Source of the DNA: the human T2T-CHM13v2.0 reference genome, Homo sapiens
DNA: 64,000 nt
Assembly (NCBI RefSeq): GCF_009914755.1
Contig: NC_060936.1
Reading direction: 5' to 3' (one strand)
Of this stretch, positions 24,840-64,000 are shown piece after piece (positions within the stretch are counted from its first letter, which is position 1; every line of letters begins with the position of its first letter). Both the position numbers and the translations under genes were made by a program. The notes beneath the pieces were generated by a model, which saw only the letters and a list, made by a program, of their open reading frames with translations, had not been told where the DNA came from and ran no database searches.

Positions 24840-25325
24840 ATATATGATATATAGAGAAAAATCAATACTAAAATCAATAGTTATGACAGTATGACATTGG
24901 AGCAGCAGTAGACATAGAGATCAATGGAAGATAATAGGGTCCAGGAATAAAACCCATATATATGATAAAGATGGCATTTCAAGTCAGTAGAGAAGAATGG
25001 GATTAATCAATAAATGATGTAGAAAAAAATTGGCTCCCCTTTTGGCTCCCCTACCTCACACTATATACCAACCTATTCTAGATGTAATAAAGACCGAAAA
25101 ATATTTAAATACCATCAAAATAGTCAAGAGAATATTTTCATAACCTTAGCGGTGAAAAAGGCTTTTCTGAACCAGACCCACAGTTCAGAAGCCTTATGCA
25201 AGAGACTGGCAGTTGGGACTACACACAAATGTCAAATTTCTGTAAGGTGACACTCTATAAGCAAAGTGAAATGACAAAGTAGGAAAATATTTTCAAAATG
25301 TATAAGAGACAAGAAGTTAATGTGT
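24840..25325 (+). mobile_element. Old L1 (L1M-type) fragment
   Basis: A-rich degenerate ORF2-like sequence (GACATAGAGATCAATGG..., CCCTACCTCACACTATATACC). Confidence 0.55.
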
Positions 25326-25328
25326 CTG

Positions 25329-28222
<2,894 letters not shown>

Positions 28223-28562
28223 TCATATTACTCAATGCGTAGTCCATGAATCAAGAGCATCAGCATCACTTGAGAGGTCTACATTTCAATGAGATCCTCA
28301 AGCAATTTCTATACACGTTAACATTTGAGGAATACTGCTACAGAGTACTCATGCAGAAGAGCAAAGATATATCTATGGGGATTTAAACAGCGTTATTTGT
28401 AATATGGACAATTTTTTAAAAAAAGTTAATATCCATCAATAGGGAACAGTTAAAAGTCTAGCCAGGCTTGGTGGCACACAGCTGTAGTCCCAGCTACTTG
28501 AGATGCTGAGGCAGGTCGATGGCTTGAGCCCAGGAGTTTGAGGCTGTAGTGCACAATGATTG

Positions 28563-28992
28563 TGGGCAGGAAACAGGACCTCGACTTTGGACCAGATTCA
28601 AGACTGGCTGAAACAGGGAAGAGGCACAGAAAGAACTTCTCCGTAAGACACGCCCACCAGCACGACAGTTTACCATTGCCATGGCGACACCCAGACGTTA
28701 CTGCCTTTTTCCATAACAACCTGGAAGTTACCACCCCTTTTCTGGAAATTTCTGAATAGCCCACTCTTTAATTTGCATGTAATTAAAAGTCAATATAAAT
28801 GTGACTGCAGAAGTTTCCCTGAGTTGCTGCTCTCCACACACTGCCTAGAGGGTGGCCTTGCTCGGTAGGAGCAGTCATGGGGCTGTAAAACTGCATCCTC
28901 AATAAAGCTGTATCTTCTACCACATGCTCAGGAAAGAACCATGAGCCTTATTGGGCTAATCGCCAATTTGGGTGTTCACCTGCCCTGCATCA
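28563..28992 (+). mobile_element. ERV solo LTR (LTR47/MER41-like, family uncertain) inside a FAM monomer
   Basis: TG...CA ends, TATAAA near 28794, AATAAA near 28901, candidate TSD ATTG/GTTG; flanks are contiguous FAM sequence. Confidence 0.7.
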
Positions 28993-29024
28993 GTTGTGCC
29001 TGTGAAAAACTACTGCACTCCAGC

Positions 29025-29733
29025 TGTTACCGGTTGAGGGTAATTGTCCAGGTTCTTGGTGTTTTGCACAAAGAATTCGACAAAACACACAAACAAAGCA
29101 AGGCAATGAAAGCAGAGATTTTTTTTGTTTGTTTTTTTAATTACCGTGCCCGCGAGACGGAGTCTTGCTGTGTCGCCCAGGCTGGAGTGCAGTGGCACGA
29201 TCTCGGCTCCTGGGTTCAAGCAATTCTCCTGCCTCAGCCTCCTGAGTAGCTGGGATTACAGGCTTGCACCACCACGCCCCGCTAATTTTTGTATTCTTAG
29301 TAGAGATGGGGTTTCACCATGTTGGCCAGGCTGATCTCCAACTCTTGACCTCTTGATCCACCAAAAGCAGAGATTTATTTTAAAGGAAAGTACAATCCAC
29401 AGAGTGGGAGCAAGCTCCAGCAAGTGGCTCAAGAGCATTGGTGACAGAATTTTCTGGGGTTTAAATACAATCTAGAGGTTTCCCATTGGTTCACCCTATG
29501 CAAATGAAGTAGTGGCCGACTGCCAGTCTAATTGTGGGAGGGGACCAATCAAAATGAAGAGAGTAGGCCTGCTATCAGTCTGACTGGTTGTGAGAGGGGA
29601 CCAATCAGACGTACTTTCATTTTTCAAATGCCATACAGAGAAAGGAGGGTTTGAAAAGGGAGTACTCTCTGATATTCAGTCAGCATGATTCGGCCTTAGA
29701 TTCCCTGCCTCCGGACCCTATTCTCCTGCCTCT
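29025..29733 (-). mobile_element. ERV1 solo LTR (MER51-like) carrying a truncated Alu
   Basis: TGTTACCGGTTGAGGG...GTCCAGGTTCTTGG...GACCCTATTCTCCTGCCTC; 4-bp TSD CAGC (29021-29024 / 29734-29737); internal Alu 29122-29363 with TSD AAAGCAGAGATTT. Confidence 0.8.
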
Positions 29734-29783
29734 CAGCCTGGACAATGTAGTGAGACTCTGTCTCTAGAAAAACACAAGAAAGT

Positions 29784-31945
<2,162 letters not shown>

Positions 31946-33229
31946 CTAACCCTTACATCACAACTTTTCTTCCCATCTAATGTGTCTTCCTCTTTCTTCT
32001 TGGCCAAGGAAACTCATATCCATTTCTTTTGACTACATCAAACCACATGGATTTTTCCCTTCTCCACACTCCAACAATACAATAACTTTCATTTGTATAG
32101 CACATCTCACTCTTCAGAGTGTTCATATTTATTATTTCTTTTTCCTCACAGCAACCCCAGTACCAAGGACACAGGCCAGGGGTGGGGAGGAGCAGGAAAA
32201 TGTTTACTAAGGGTCAACTAAGTGCAAGGCGATTTACCCACATTATCTCTTTTAATCCCTTAACAATCCTTACAGGTGGACGTTTTAATAATCCCCATTT
32301 CACGACTGTGGAAATTAGACCTCAGTAAGATTTCATAACCTGCTGAAGGACACACAGGTATTAAGTAGTAGAGATGGGTTTTGAAGCTGGTGTCTCTGAC
32401 TTTAAAGTCCCTACTGGTTCCATGACACCAAGTAAACAGATTTGCCTATTAACCACATTCCTCCAAGCTGCCCTGGGCAGGAGGTAATATAATACTTCCT
32501 GATTTCTTGCCCACCACATCTTCCACCAGACCACTTTGCCGTTATATAAAGTCTGTGGGCACAATTTAACAATGAATCACATGCCATCTTACCTGGTTAC
32601 CTCATTGTTTCATTTACATTAGATTCCACAACAAGATTGGTAACATCCCCCTTTCCCCAGGCAGGAATTGTGTCATCTTAACCTCCCTGAGCCTCAGTAT
32701 CCTCTTCTTTCAAATGTCTATCTTACAGGACTGTTGCAGAGATTAAATATCAGTTGTAAAGATGTTTGACATAATGTCTCGCACAAACTCTCCAGAAATA
32801 TTTATTGCATCTCAACATCTTTTTCATCTCCTTCAACATGTCAGACAGGCCTGAGTGCCTGGGTTTGGCTATGCCAGTTCCTGTTGATTACTGATATAAC
32901 AACGTTGGATCAGGAGTATTTTAGTGGGCAGATGTTGAATTTTCTGCCTTCCACCCACTAAAAGGTTTGCATCAAACCAGTCCAGGATAACTCATACTGG
33001 ATCCCTGTCAGTTGATATAGTTAAGCTAATTCTACAGATAACAAAGAGTCTTGGGTACGTTTAGCTAGCAAATGCAGATCTGCCAAGACTCCAACCCAGT
33101 TCTTAAGGTATCTGGGTCTGGACTCCTTCCGCTCCACCAAGCCACCTTCCAAAGGTCTACCTGAAAATAACTAATGAGCAGAAACTATAGGGGGAAGGGG
33201 AAAAGACCCCTTATCTTGGTGTTTCTTGC

Positions 33230-33630
33230 TTTTCCTCGCAGCCCCGCCCTTTTTGCTTCGAAGGACGAGTTTTTCCTGAATTCACAATACTTTTGCATTG
33301 AAGATGTCCGGTCCCTTTAAGGTCTTGGGTGACGTAATGACTAGCCCCGCCCCCTCTCTTCTCGCTTCTCAGCCCTGCCCACTTCTTTTTGTCCTCAGCC
33401 AATTAGCGGCCCAACGCCCCTTCCGCGCCTCATCCGGGTTCCCGGGACGGGAAAGTGGCGTGGTAACCAGGCAACTACTGATCAATCCCCTCCCCGGCTG
33501 ATTTGCGCATCAGGTAGTCGCGGCTCTACTCTCAACGGTGGCGAGCTGCAGTAGCCAAGTGCCCCGTCCCCGTTGCCATAACAGCAGTACACAACCCCTC
33601 CTTCCCCTCGCCCGCTTGCTAAACAGTCCT
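33230..33630 (+). promoter_or_regulatory. LRRC23: LRRC23 promoter with RFX X-boxes
   Basis: GC boxes, CRE-like TGACGTAA ~33330, CCAAT ~33399, consensus X-box GTAACCAGGCAAC 33463-33475, weaker GTTGCCATAACAGC 33572-33585; candidate exon-1 donor CAG|GTAGTC at 33513. Confidence 0.75.
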
Positions 33631-34243
33631 TCCCTCTCGGGACCAAGGGCCTCTCCAGAACTGCTTCTGATTGAGCAGAAACAGGGTCTGAGCCCCTTTG
33701 CTAAGGCGAATTGAGTGGGAGGGTTGGAGACTGCGCTTTAGGCTGGTGTACCAGAGGGCCCAAGGAAATTGGCCCAGTGGGGAGGGAAAAGTAGAAGAAA
33801 TGAATGGAGCAGGGATTACGGATGGCGCAATGGGAGCTGAGAGGAGAGGAGGAGGAATTGGTAGGGAAGATTGGAGAGCATGGCTTAAGGGGGAGGTGGG
33901 AAGAATGGGGGAGAGGGAAGCCCAGGAAATAGGGACACCCGGCTGCTGGAGGAGAGCTGGAGTCACTGTGAAGGACAGGAAAGGCCTGGGGGTGTGGGTG
34001 ACATCCTGAAGGGAGGGGGTCCTCAGTGGAAAGTGTGAAGTGGGAGTTGAGAGTCAAAATGAGATGTTCACAGGGATAAGGAAAGAAGCCTAGAGTTGGT
34101 GGGTCAGAAGTCATGGGGGTGATGGGAGTGGCACGTGTCAATGACGATGAAGGAGCTGAAGGCTGGCAGAAGCTGATGAGACCTTCTTTTTCAGGAGGAG
34201 GACTGAGCTTATCTGACTCCAGAGCTTTCAGGAGGGAAGAAAG

Positions 34244-42180
<7,937 letters not shown>

Positions 42181-42702
42181 CAGCAGTTCTAGCCTCTAAA
42201 GATAGTAAGGAAGCCTGCAGGGAGGCAGTGGGAGGAGGCCAAGGGCTGGGCAGGTAGGGGAAGAGGCAAGAGGGGAAGCTGCTGCAGAAGGAGGTGGGAG
42301 AGGAAAGCATCAGACAAGCAGGACCCTTAAAGAGAGGAGGGTTAGGAGTCAGGGAGAGGAAAAGGGACCCAAGGGGGCCTGGGACCAGCTGAGAAAGACT
42401 TAGGAGGCCAGAAGAGTAAGTGAAAAGAATTGGGGTGGCAGGCAGAGGAGTTGGTGGGGGGTGGGGCAGCCATACCTGACACAGAGTGAAGTCGGCTAGG
42501 AAAGGACAGGTGTGGGTGCATGGTAGGGGCTGCAGGGGAAAGTTGGTGGTGTATGCAGCTGGACCTAGGAGAGAAGCAGGAGAGGAAGATCCAGCACAAA
42601 AAATCTGAAGCTAAAAACAGGACACAGAGATGGGGGAAGAAAAGAGGGCAGAGTGAGGCAAAAAGAGACTGAAGAGATGAGGGTGGCCGCCAGGCACTTT
42701 AG

Positions 42703-43041
<339 letters not shown>

Positions 43042-43070
43042 CCCTATTTACTTCTGTCTTCTACCTCCAG

Positions 43071-43415
43071 GAGATCAAAGACGCTGGCCTTCAGACCTGA
43101 TCAGACTCCCAGGGGCAGCCACCACATGTATGACAGAGGACAGAGGATGCCTGTTTTTGCCCCAAAGCTGGAAATTCATCACAACCTGAGGCCCAGGATC
43201 TGCTCTGTGCCGGTCCTCTGGGCAGTGTGGGGTGCAGAATGGGGTGCCTAGGCCTGAGCGTTGCCTGGAGCCTAGGCCGGGGGCCGCCCTCGGGCAGGCG
43301 TGGGTGAGAGCCAAGCCCGCGTGGGCCGCGGGGTGCTGGTAGGAGTGGTTGGAGAGACTTGCGAAGGCGGCTGGGGTGTTCGGATTTCCAATAAAGAAAC
43401 AGAGTGATGCTCCTG
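43071..43415 (+). other. LRRC23: LRRC23 last exon (3'UTR of long isoform; alternative C-terminus if exon 7 is skipped)
   Basis: Acceptor CTACCTCCAG|G at 43071; upstream donor at 42204; exon 6-to-8 join reads RSKTLAFRPDQ...WGAEWGA with TAG at 43249-43251 (312 aa); AATAAA 43390-43395. Confidence 0.8.
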
Positions 43416-44100
43416 TGTCTGACCGGGTTTGTGAGACATTGAGGCTGTCTTGGGCTTCACTGGCAGTGTGGGCCTTCGTACCCGGGCTACAGGGGTGCGG
43501 CTCTGCCTGTTACTGTCGAGTGGGTCGGGCCGTGGGTATGAGCGCTTGTGTGCGCTGGGGCCAGGTCGTGGGTGCCCCCACCCTTCCCCCATCCTCCTCC
43601 CTTCCCCACTCCACCCTCGTCGGTCCCCCACCCGCGCTCGTACGTGCGCCTCCGCCGGCAGCTCCTGACTCATCGGGGGCTCCGGGTCACATGCGCCCGC
43701 GCGGCCCTATAGGCGCCTCCTCCGCCCGCCGCCCGGGAGCCGCAGCCGCCGCCGCCACTGCCACTCCCGCTCTCTCAGCGCCGCCGTCGCCACCGCCACC
43801 GCCACCGCCACTACCACCGGCTGAGTCTGCAGTCCCGAGGTGAAGCCCCCGCCAGGCCCAGAGCCCCTGTGGCCCCCTCCCCTCGCCGCGGCGCCCCTGC
43901 CTCCTTTACCCGGTGCCGCTGCGCACCTCTCCGCATCTCTGGCCCGGTGCAGCTGCGCACCTGCTCCGCCGCCCGCGCCCAGGGCGCCTTCCCTCCCTGG
44001 CCTTCCCCGCCCGCTGCCTTCGCTTTCTGGCCCTCTGCGCGCCTATCTCTAACTGCGCCTCTCCACCCTTGCCTGCCTCTCTCCCGGTGCTCGCCCTCAT
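43260..44100 (+). promoter_or_regulatory. ENO2: ENO2 promoter CpG island and non-coding exon 1
   Basis: HRE-like TACGTG 43641-43646, AP-1 TGACTCA 43666-43672, TATA-like TATA 43708-43711, GCC/GCCACC-rich leader, donor GAG|GTGAAG at 43839. Confidence 0.85.
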
Positions 44101-45012
44101 CTACGGTTCTATTTGTTTCTAAGTTGGGAGCCTCTCCGGGCGGTGCATTTTTATCCTAGAGCGTCCCTTTTGGTTTGCATTTGGGGAAATGTCTTCTCTC
44201 ACCGTTCCTCACCTCCCCCAGACTTCCCTTGGACTCCCCTCTCTCCTGCTCTTCCCCACGGCGCCCCTCTCCGTTCGCGCTTCCTCCCCTCTGCTGCACG
44301 GGGGAGAGATGGAAGAAGTGGGGATCTGTCGAGGCGCAGAGGGGAGGACAGGCCCAGCTCGCCTCCACTCCCCACCGGCTCTTATCCTCTTCACTTCCCG
44401 CTGCAACCCCCAGGGACTGCAGGGCCTTTCTCAGGACCCTCTTCCCCGACACCTGTATTGCATGCGCCTTTCGCGGGAAGAGGAGGGATACACGTTTGGG
44501 AGAGAGTGGGACCTTGGGGAAGGGGCAGTGTTCAGGCAGCTGGGGTGTTAAGTTGGGGAGGTATGGGGGCTCTGGAAGAGAGGCCCAGGCAGCCCATCCT
44601 CTTCTTGGCTCCCAGGAGAAATGCAAGCCTGGCAGCCATTCCGCTCTGAGGAGATCTGGGGGAACCCCACCGGCTGGCCAAGCTGCAAAGAGGCGCGGGA
44701 ACCACTGTCGTGCCCCTCCCCTCCTCACTGCAGTGTTCTCCCATCTCATCATTTGATCTTACCCCGCCCCCCACTGCAGTGACCTCCCCTTCCTCACTGC
44801 ATTGACCTTCTCCTCTTCCCAGGGGGGAGGGGGAATCCCTTCTACAGCCCTAGACTGCAGCCAGCGCCTCCCTACCCACCCCCCACCCACTGCAGTAACC
44901 TCTTTCCCATCCCTCCCAGCCTCCCGCCCCGCCCATTGATCTCAGGCTCCACCCCTCTAAGCCTCTTATCTTTCTCCTTCCTTCCCTTCCACCCGAGGAG
45001 ATCCCAGCCATC

Positions 45013-51979
<6,967 letters not shown>

Positions 51980-52880
51980 TTCCTCTGCTTGCCTGGAGAC
52001 GTGGAACCTCTGTCTCATCCTCCTGGAACCTTGCTGTCCTGATCTGTGATAGTTCACCCCCTGAGATCCCCTGAGCCCCAGGGTGCCCAGAACTTCCCTG
52101 ATTGACCTGCTCCGCTGCTCCTTGGCTTACCTGACCTCTTGCTGTCTCTGCTCGCCCTCCTTTCTGTGCCCTACTCATTGGGGTTCCGCACTTTCCACTT
52201 CTTCCTTTCTCTTTCTCTCTTCCCTCAGAAACTAGAAATGTGAATGAGGATTATTATAAAAGGGGGTCCGTGGAAGAATGATCAGCATCTGTGATGGGAG
52301 CGTCAGGGTTGGTGTGCTGAGGTGTTAGAGAGGGACCATGTGTCACTTGTGCTTTGCTCTTGTCCCACGTGTCTTCCACTTTGCATATGAGCCGTGAACT
52401 GTGCATAGTGCTGGGATGGAGGGGAGTGTTGGGCATGTGATCACGCCTGGCTAATAAGGCTTTAGTGTATTTATTTATTTATTTATTTTATTTGTTTTTC
52501 ATTCATCCCATTAATCATTTCCCCATAACTCAATGGCCTAAAACTGGCCTGACTTGGGGGAACGATGTGTCTGTATTTCATGTGGCTGTAGATCCCAAGA
52601 TGACTGGGGTGGGAGGTCTTGCTAGAATGGGAAGGGTCATAGAAAGGGCCTTGACATCAGTTCCTTTGTGTGTACTCACTGAAGCCTGCGTTGGTCCAGA
52701 GCGGAGGCTGTGTGCCTGGGGGAGTTTTCCTCTATACATCTCTCCCCAACCCTAGGTTCCCTGTTCTTCCTCCAGCTGCACCAGAGCAACCTCTCACTCC
52801 CCATGCCACGTTCCACAGTTGCCACCACCTCTGTGGCATTGAAATGAGCACCTCCATTAAAGTCTGAATCAGTGCACTGT
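51980..52880 (+). terminator. ENO2: ENO2 3'UTR with (ATTT)n tract and ATTAAA poly(A) signal
   Basis: (TATT)n ~52468-52492; ATTAAA 52856-52861 followed by GT-rich sequence. Confidence 0.75.
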
Positions 52881-53642
52881 TGTGTCTAAGGAGTCTTACT
52901 CTAGTCCCTATGAGGGGAGAGAAGATGGAGCACCTGGAAGCTGGTGAAACTGGATAGCAGAGCTGGGGGGGCACAAAAAGAGGAAGACAAACTGAACAAA
53001 TATGGCCGAGATGATGGCACTGCCTACCCCATTCTGGCTAGGTGGGGTGCATGTGGCCCCTGCTTTCTTAGCAGAAGGCTTGGCTCCCAGACGCAGGTGA
53101 ATTAAGGGGTTCAAGAGCCCCTAAAAGCATAAAATATTTTGTGTGTGTGTGTGTGTGTGCACGCGCATTTTGGGGGAAAGGGGGTCTAAGGTGTTTTCAT
53201 ATCCAAAGGGCTTGTGGACTGGAGCAGCTCCTGTACTGGGCCTCTGCCAACAAAACCCTGGCTGGTTCTCGAATGGAACAGGACTTCATGGCCATCACCC
53301 ACTGCAAGATGGGGAAATGGGAAGGAAGAATGGTTCCGGGGGTAGTATACGGAAGGACCTAAGGAAACAGAGTCCTCAATAAACTGAAGATTCAGGAACA
53401 AAAGTGCTTAACAGAACCCTGGCTGGGTCAGACTAACAGTAGGTTTCCAATATGTGGCTAGAGACGTACTACTCCTTAGCTATAACTCGTTAACTCTTAT
53501 GGGGCCTCAGCGTTGAGATGCTCATTCTAGGTACCCCCGAGGGGGACAAATCCCTTCCTAGTGGCTCGGATGCAAGGTTGCGTCCCACAGATAGGGTTTG
53601 CACATGGGAGATCTAACCACTAGAGGGAGTCAGAGTTTTGCA

Positions 53643-53718
53643 GGACGCCATACTGGACGCCAAGTGGGAGGAACTTCAAGGCTGTCCCCTGCGGGCCTCC
53701 CGCTCTGCTTCTGCGAAG
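53643..53718 (+). other. ATN1: ATN1 distal alternative non-coding exon 1
   Basis: GGACGCCATACTGGACGCC...CTGCGAAG|GTCTGG donor; matches my recollection of an ATN1 mRNA leader joining GTTTCATTGAAAACAG of exon 2. Start approximate. Confidence 0.65.
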
Positions 53719-54281
53719 GTCTGGTCCTGGCTCCCTCTGCCATCCTGCCCAGCTCCAAGGCTAAAATAGGTTCTAGTTCTGTATGGGTAGGGCCCATTTC
53801 TTTTCTTGCCCTCCTTCCCGGGTCCCTGACACCTCAGCCACTTTCAGTTCAAAGAGCCTCATGCCCCCTTTCCATTTCTGTGCCTTTTAGTTTCAGTGTG
53901 GGCATCTCATCTTTCCCTTTTCTCCTGGCGACCCTTTATGCCTCCCTTGGGGTTTCCTGTACTTTCCTCTGTGCCTCTCAGTTTTCTCTGGGGTCCCTGA
54001 TACCCATCTTACCTTAGTAACTCCCAGACTGACCAGGACTATCCTAGTTTGAGCCTAGTTCCTAGCCTCTGTCCTTTCTTTCATCCCTCCTCACCAGGTC
54101 GCCTTCTCTGACAGTCTGGCCCCCCAACCCCCAAAGTATCGGGGTTGGATTGGGTTACAGCTAGCTCTGCCTGGGCCTCCCAGGCCCTTCTCTCCACTTT
54201 CCCTTTGTGCCGTTGCCTGGAGACCAATGGGTTGTGGGGGGCTGAGCCAGAGAGGGAGCTGGGGTGAGGGATGGCTGGGGC

Positions 54282-54288
54282 TGTGTGT

Positions 54289-54350
<62 letters not shown>
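54282..54350. repeat. Compound (TG)n(GA)n microsatellite
   Basis: Read directly; a shorter (TG)n lies at 53140-53159. Confidence 0.95.
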
Positions 54351-55669
54351 TGTCCCCTGCAGCTGGACTATAAGCCTGGCCCTCAGGTAGGGGAGGAATG
54401 GGAGAGGGTAGACAATGGTTTCTTTTGTGACTCTCACCATCCCCTATCCCCACATATGCCTAAATTTTTCTTTTAGTATCCATTGTAGCCCATTCCTTAG
54501 TGATTAAAAAACAAGGGAGAAGAGCTCAGCCTGGAAGGGATTTGGAAAGGGCTTGAGCCAAGGCCCAGTGGGAGACTGAACTGAGTGGTACAGAAAGAGA
54601 GGAAATGCCATGGGGAGAGAGGGTGAGAGGGAAAGGGGGAGCCCTGGAACAAAGTCAGGGGTGGGGAGGAGCAGCAGCTACCCTAGAGCAAGAGGAAGGG
54701 AGTCGGGGTGCACAGGGAGACAGGGAGCTGGCCTGGTCTCAGGGAGGCCCTGGGAGGAAGGTGTGCTTGGAGTGGTAAAGTGAGTGCCAACCAATTCAAG
54801 GGACTTCAGAGTGATGACTCATTCCCAGGCCAAGGAAGTGTTCCTGTTCCTGCGCCCAGTTCCCCAGTGCTCTGGAATCTTGTTTAGAGCTTTTGAGTAT
54901 TCCCAGAACTTTGTTGAATCTGGCCCAAGGAATTGTGAGACAAAAATCTACTGAGCTGCTCCAGAGCTAACCTCCTTTCTTCCCTGAAGGCAGGTGGGAT
55001 CTTGCCAATTCAGGGCCCACCCTTAGCCTCCAGCAAGACTGGCCCCACAAGTACCCGACCCCCACCCCAAATCTGGAGCTCTACTGAGGGCTCCTAATCC
55101 ACACTCCAGCTCCAGCTCTTCCGGCTTGCCAGCCTGCCTCCCTCCCATTCTCTGGCCTTCCCAATTTCTGCTGCCAAAAATCACCCTGTGTCCTTTGTCC
55201 TGGGAGATGTTGCCGCTTGGTGGAGGGCCAGGAGGGAGCCCAGGAGAAGGAACTGGTGGTGGGCTGGCGGAGGTGCTGGCTTCACGGCCGGGAGCAGACT
55301 GACTGCCAGAGGCTACCTGGAGAGCAGGGGAGGGAGAGGAAGGGTTGGGAGGAGCCTGCAGTCTGTGGTGGGGACTGTCTCCACCTTAGAACAAGTGGGA
55401 TTGAGCAACAAGGATACCCAGGGATTTGGGTCCACATTAAGCCCAGTCTTCACCCGACTGCTTCCCTGTGACCCAGGGGATCTTTAGTGATGACTTTCAA
55501 CAGATTTGAGAAGGAAAATGGAGATGCCACTAGATGGAAGGCCTGAGGATGGTGTCTCACTCCTCCAAGCTGTATCCCTTACCTATCTACCCATGAGCTT
55601 GCCAGCAACCTCCCCCCGCTCCCACATCTGTCATTTCCTTTAACTGCCCTCGTTTCCCATCTCCATTTT

Positions 55670-62672
<7,003 letters not shown>

Positions 62673-63187
62673 GCTCCATTTCTTTATGTTCCTTTGTAAG
62701 GCTCCGTGGAATGTGTGTGTTCACAAATATCCTTTAGGGATCATGAAGGGTAAACTGTGTGATCTCCTGGATTGGGGCTTGTAGGTACATCCGAATTTTC
62801 TGCCCTCTACAGAGATGAAAGAGATTATACTTCGAGCAGAATCTGCCTCCCTTTTAGATAGCTAAGGTAGCCCATGGGGCATGCCAGCAATGTCTTGTGG
62901 TATCTGTACCTCTTGGCCCAAAGGCTTAGGGTTGGGCCGCTTGCTCAGTTCTCTGACAAGCAGAATAGTATTCCTTTGTGACTCTGTTCTCCAAGTTGGA
63001 GACTCTGATGGTTTCCTTCTAACAGGTTTCATTGAAAACAGATCCTGCAAAAGTTCCAGGTGCCCACACTGGAAACTTGGAGATCCTGCTTCCCAGACCA
63101 CAGCTGTGGGGAACTTGGGGTGGAGCAGAGAAGTTTCTGTATTCAGCTGCCCAGGCAGAGGAGAATGGGGTCTCCACAGCCTGAAGA

Positions 63188-63839
<652 letters not shown>

Positions 63840-64000
63840 TAGCTGGATCTCTCCTGGGACATAAGAGAAAGGCCAGATCATAGTGCTTATGAGAGCAGTT
63901 CTGTCTATAATATGCCAGAGAGATTCTTAGAGCTTTGACAGACCACCAGATGACCAGGCAGGGCCAAAGGGGACCAGAAGAGTTGGGGGATTCTAGTCTC

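Noticed and set aside
43272-44774. ORFs over the ENO2 promoter and intron 1
   Set aside because: GC-rich artefacts; the true CDS starts at 45013.

Overview
Alu-saturated, gene-dense primate genomic DNA (human or a very close great ape), matching the well-studied 12p13.31 cluster. In order: the 5' end of SPSB2 (minus strand) with its CpG-island promoter; about 32 kb of mostly Alu/L2/MIR/L1/LTR sequence holding a nested RPL13 retrocopy > DSTN retrocopy > (Alu + HERV-K LTR5_Hs-type solo LTR) stack and an orphan CpG island near 18.5 kb; complete LRRC23 (343 aa, plus a 312-aa exon-7-skip isoform); complete ENO2 (434 aa); and the 5' part of ATN1 (two alternative first exons, coding exons 2-4; the DRPLA CAG tract is outside the window). 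LRRC23, ENO2 and ATN1 coding exons were assembled by hand on GT-AG boundaries with consistent phases. Most ORF-track entries are Alu or GC-rich artefacts. I found no wholly new gene system. The best leads are a strong-context uORF whose stop overlaps the ATN1 start (AUGA), the multi-level retroelement nesting, a DSTN retrocopy of an L2-exon-containing isoform with a still-open frame, a ~1.07 kb structured TA expansion inside an LTR in LRRC23 intron 5, a ~70-bp periodic GC-box + MYB-site array in the SPSB2 promoter, and template-switch hairpin scars in Alus. Repeat subfamily names are from recollection of consensus sequences, not from a search.
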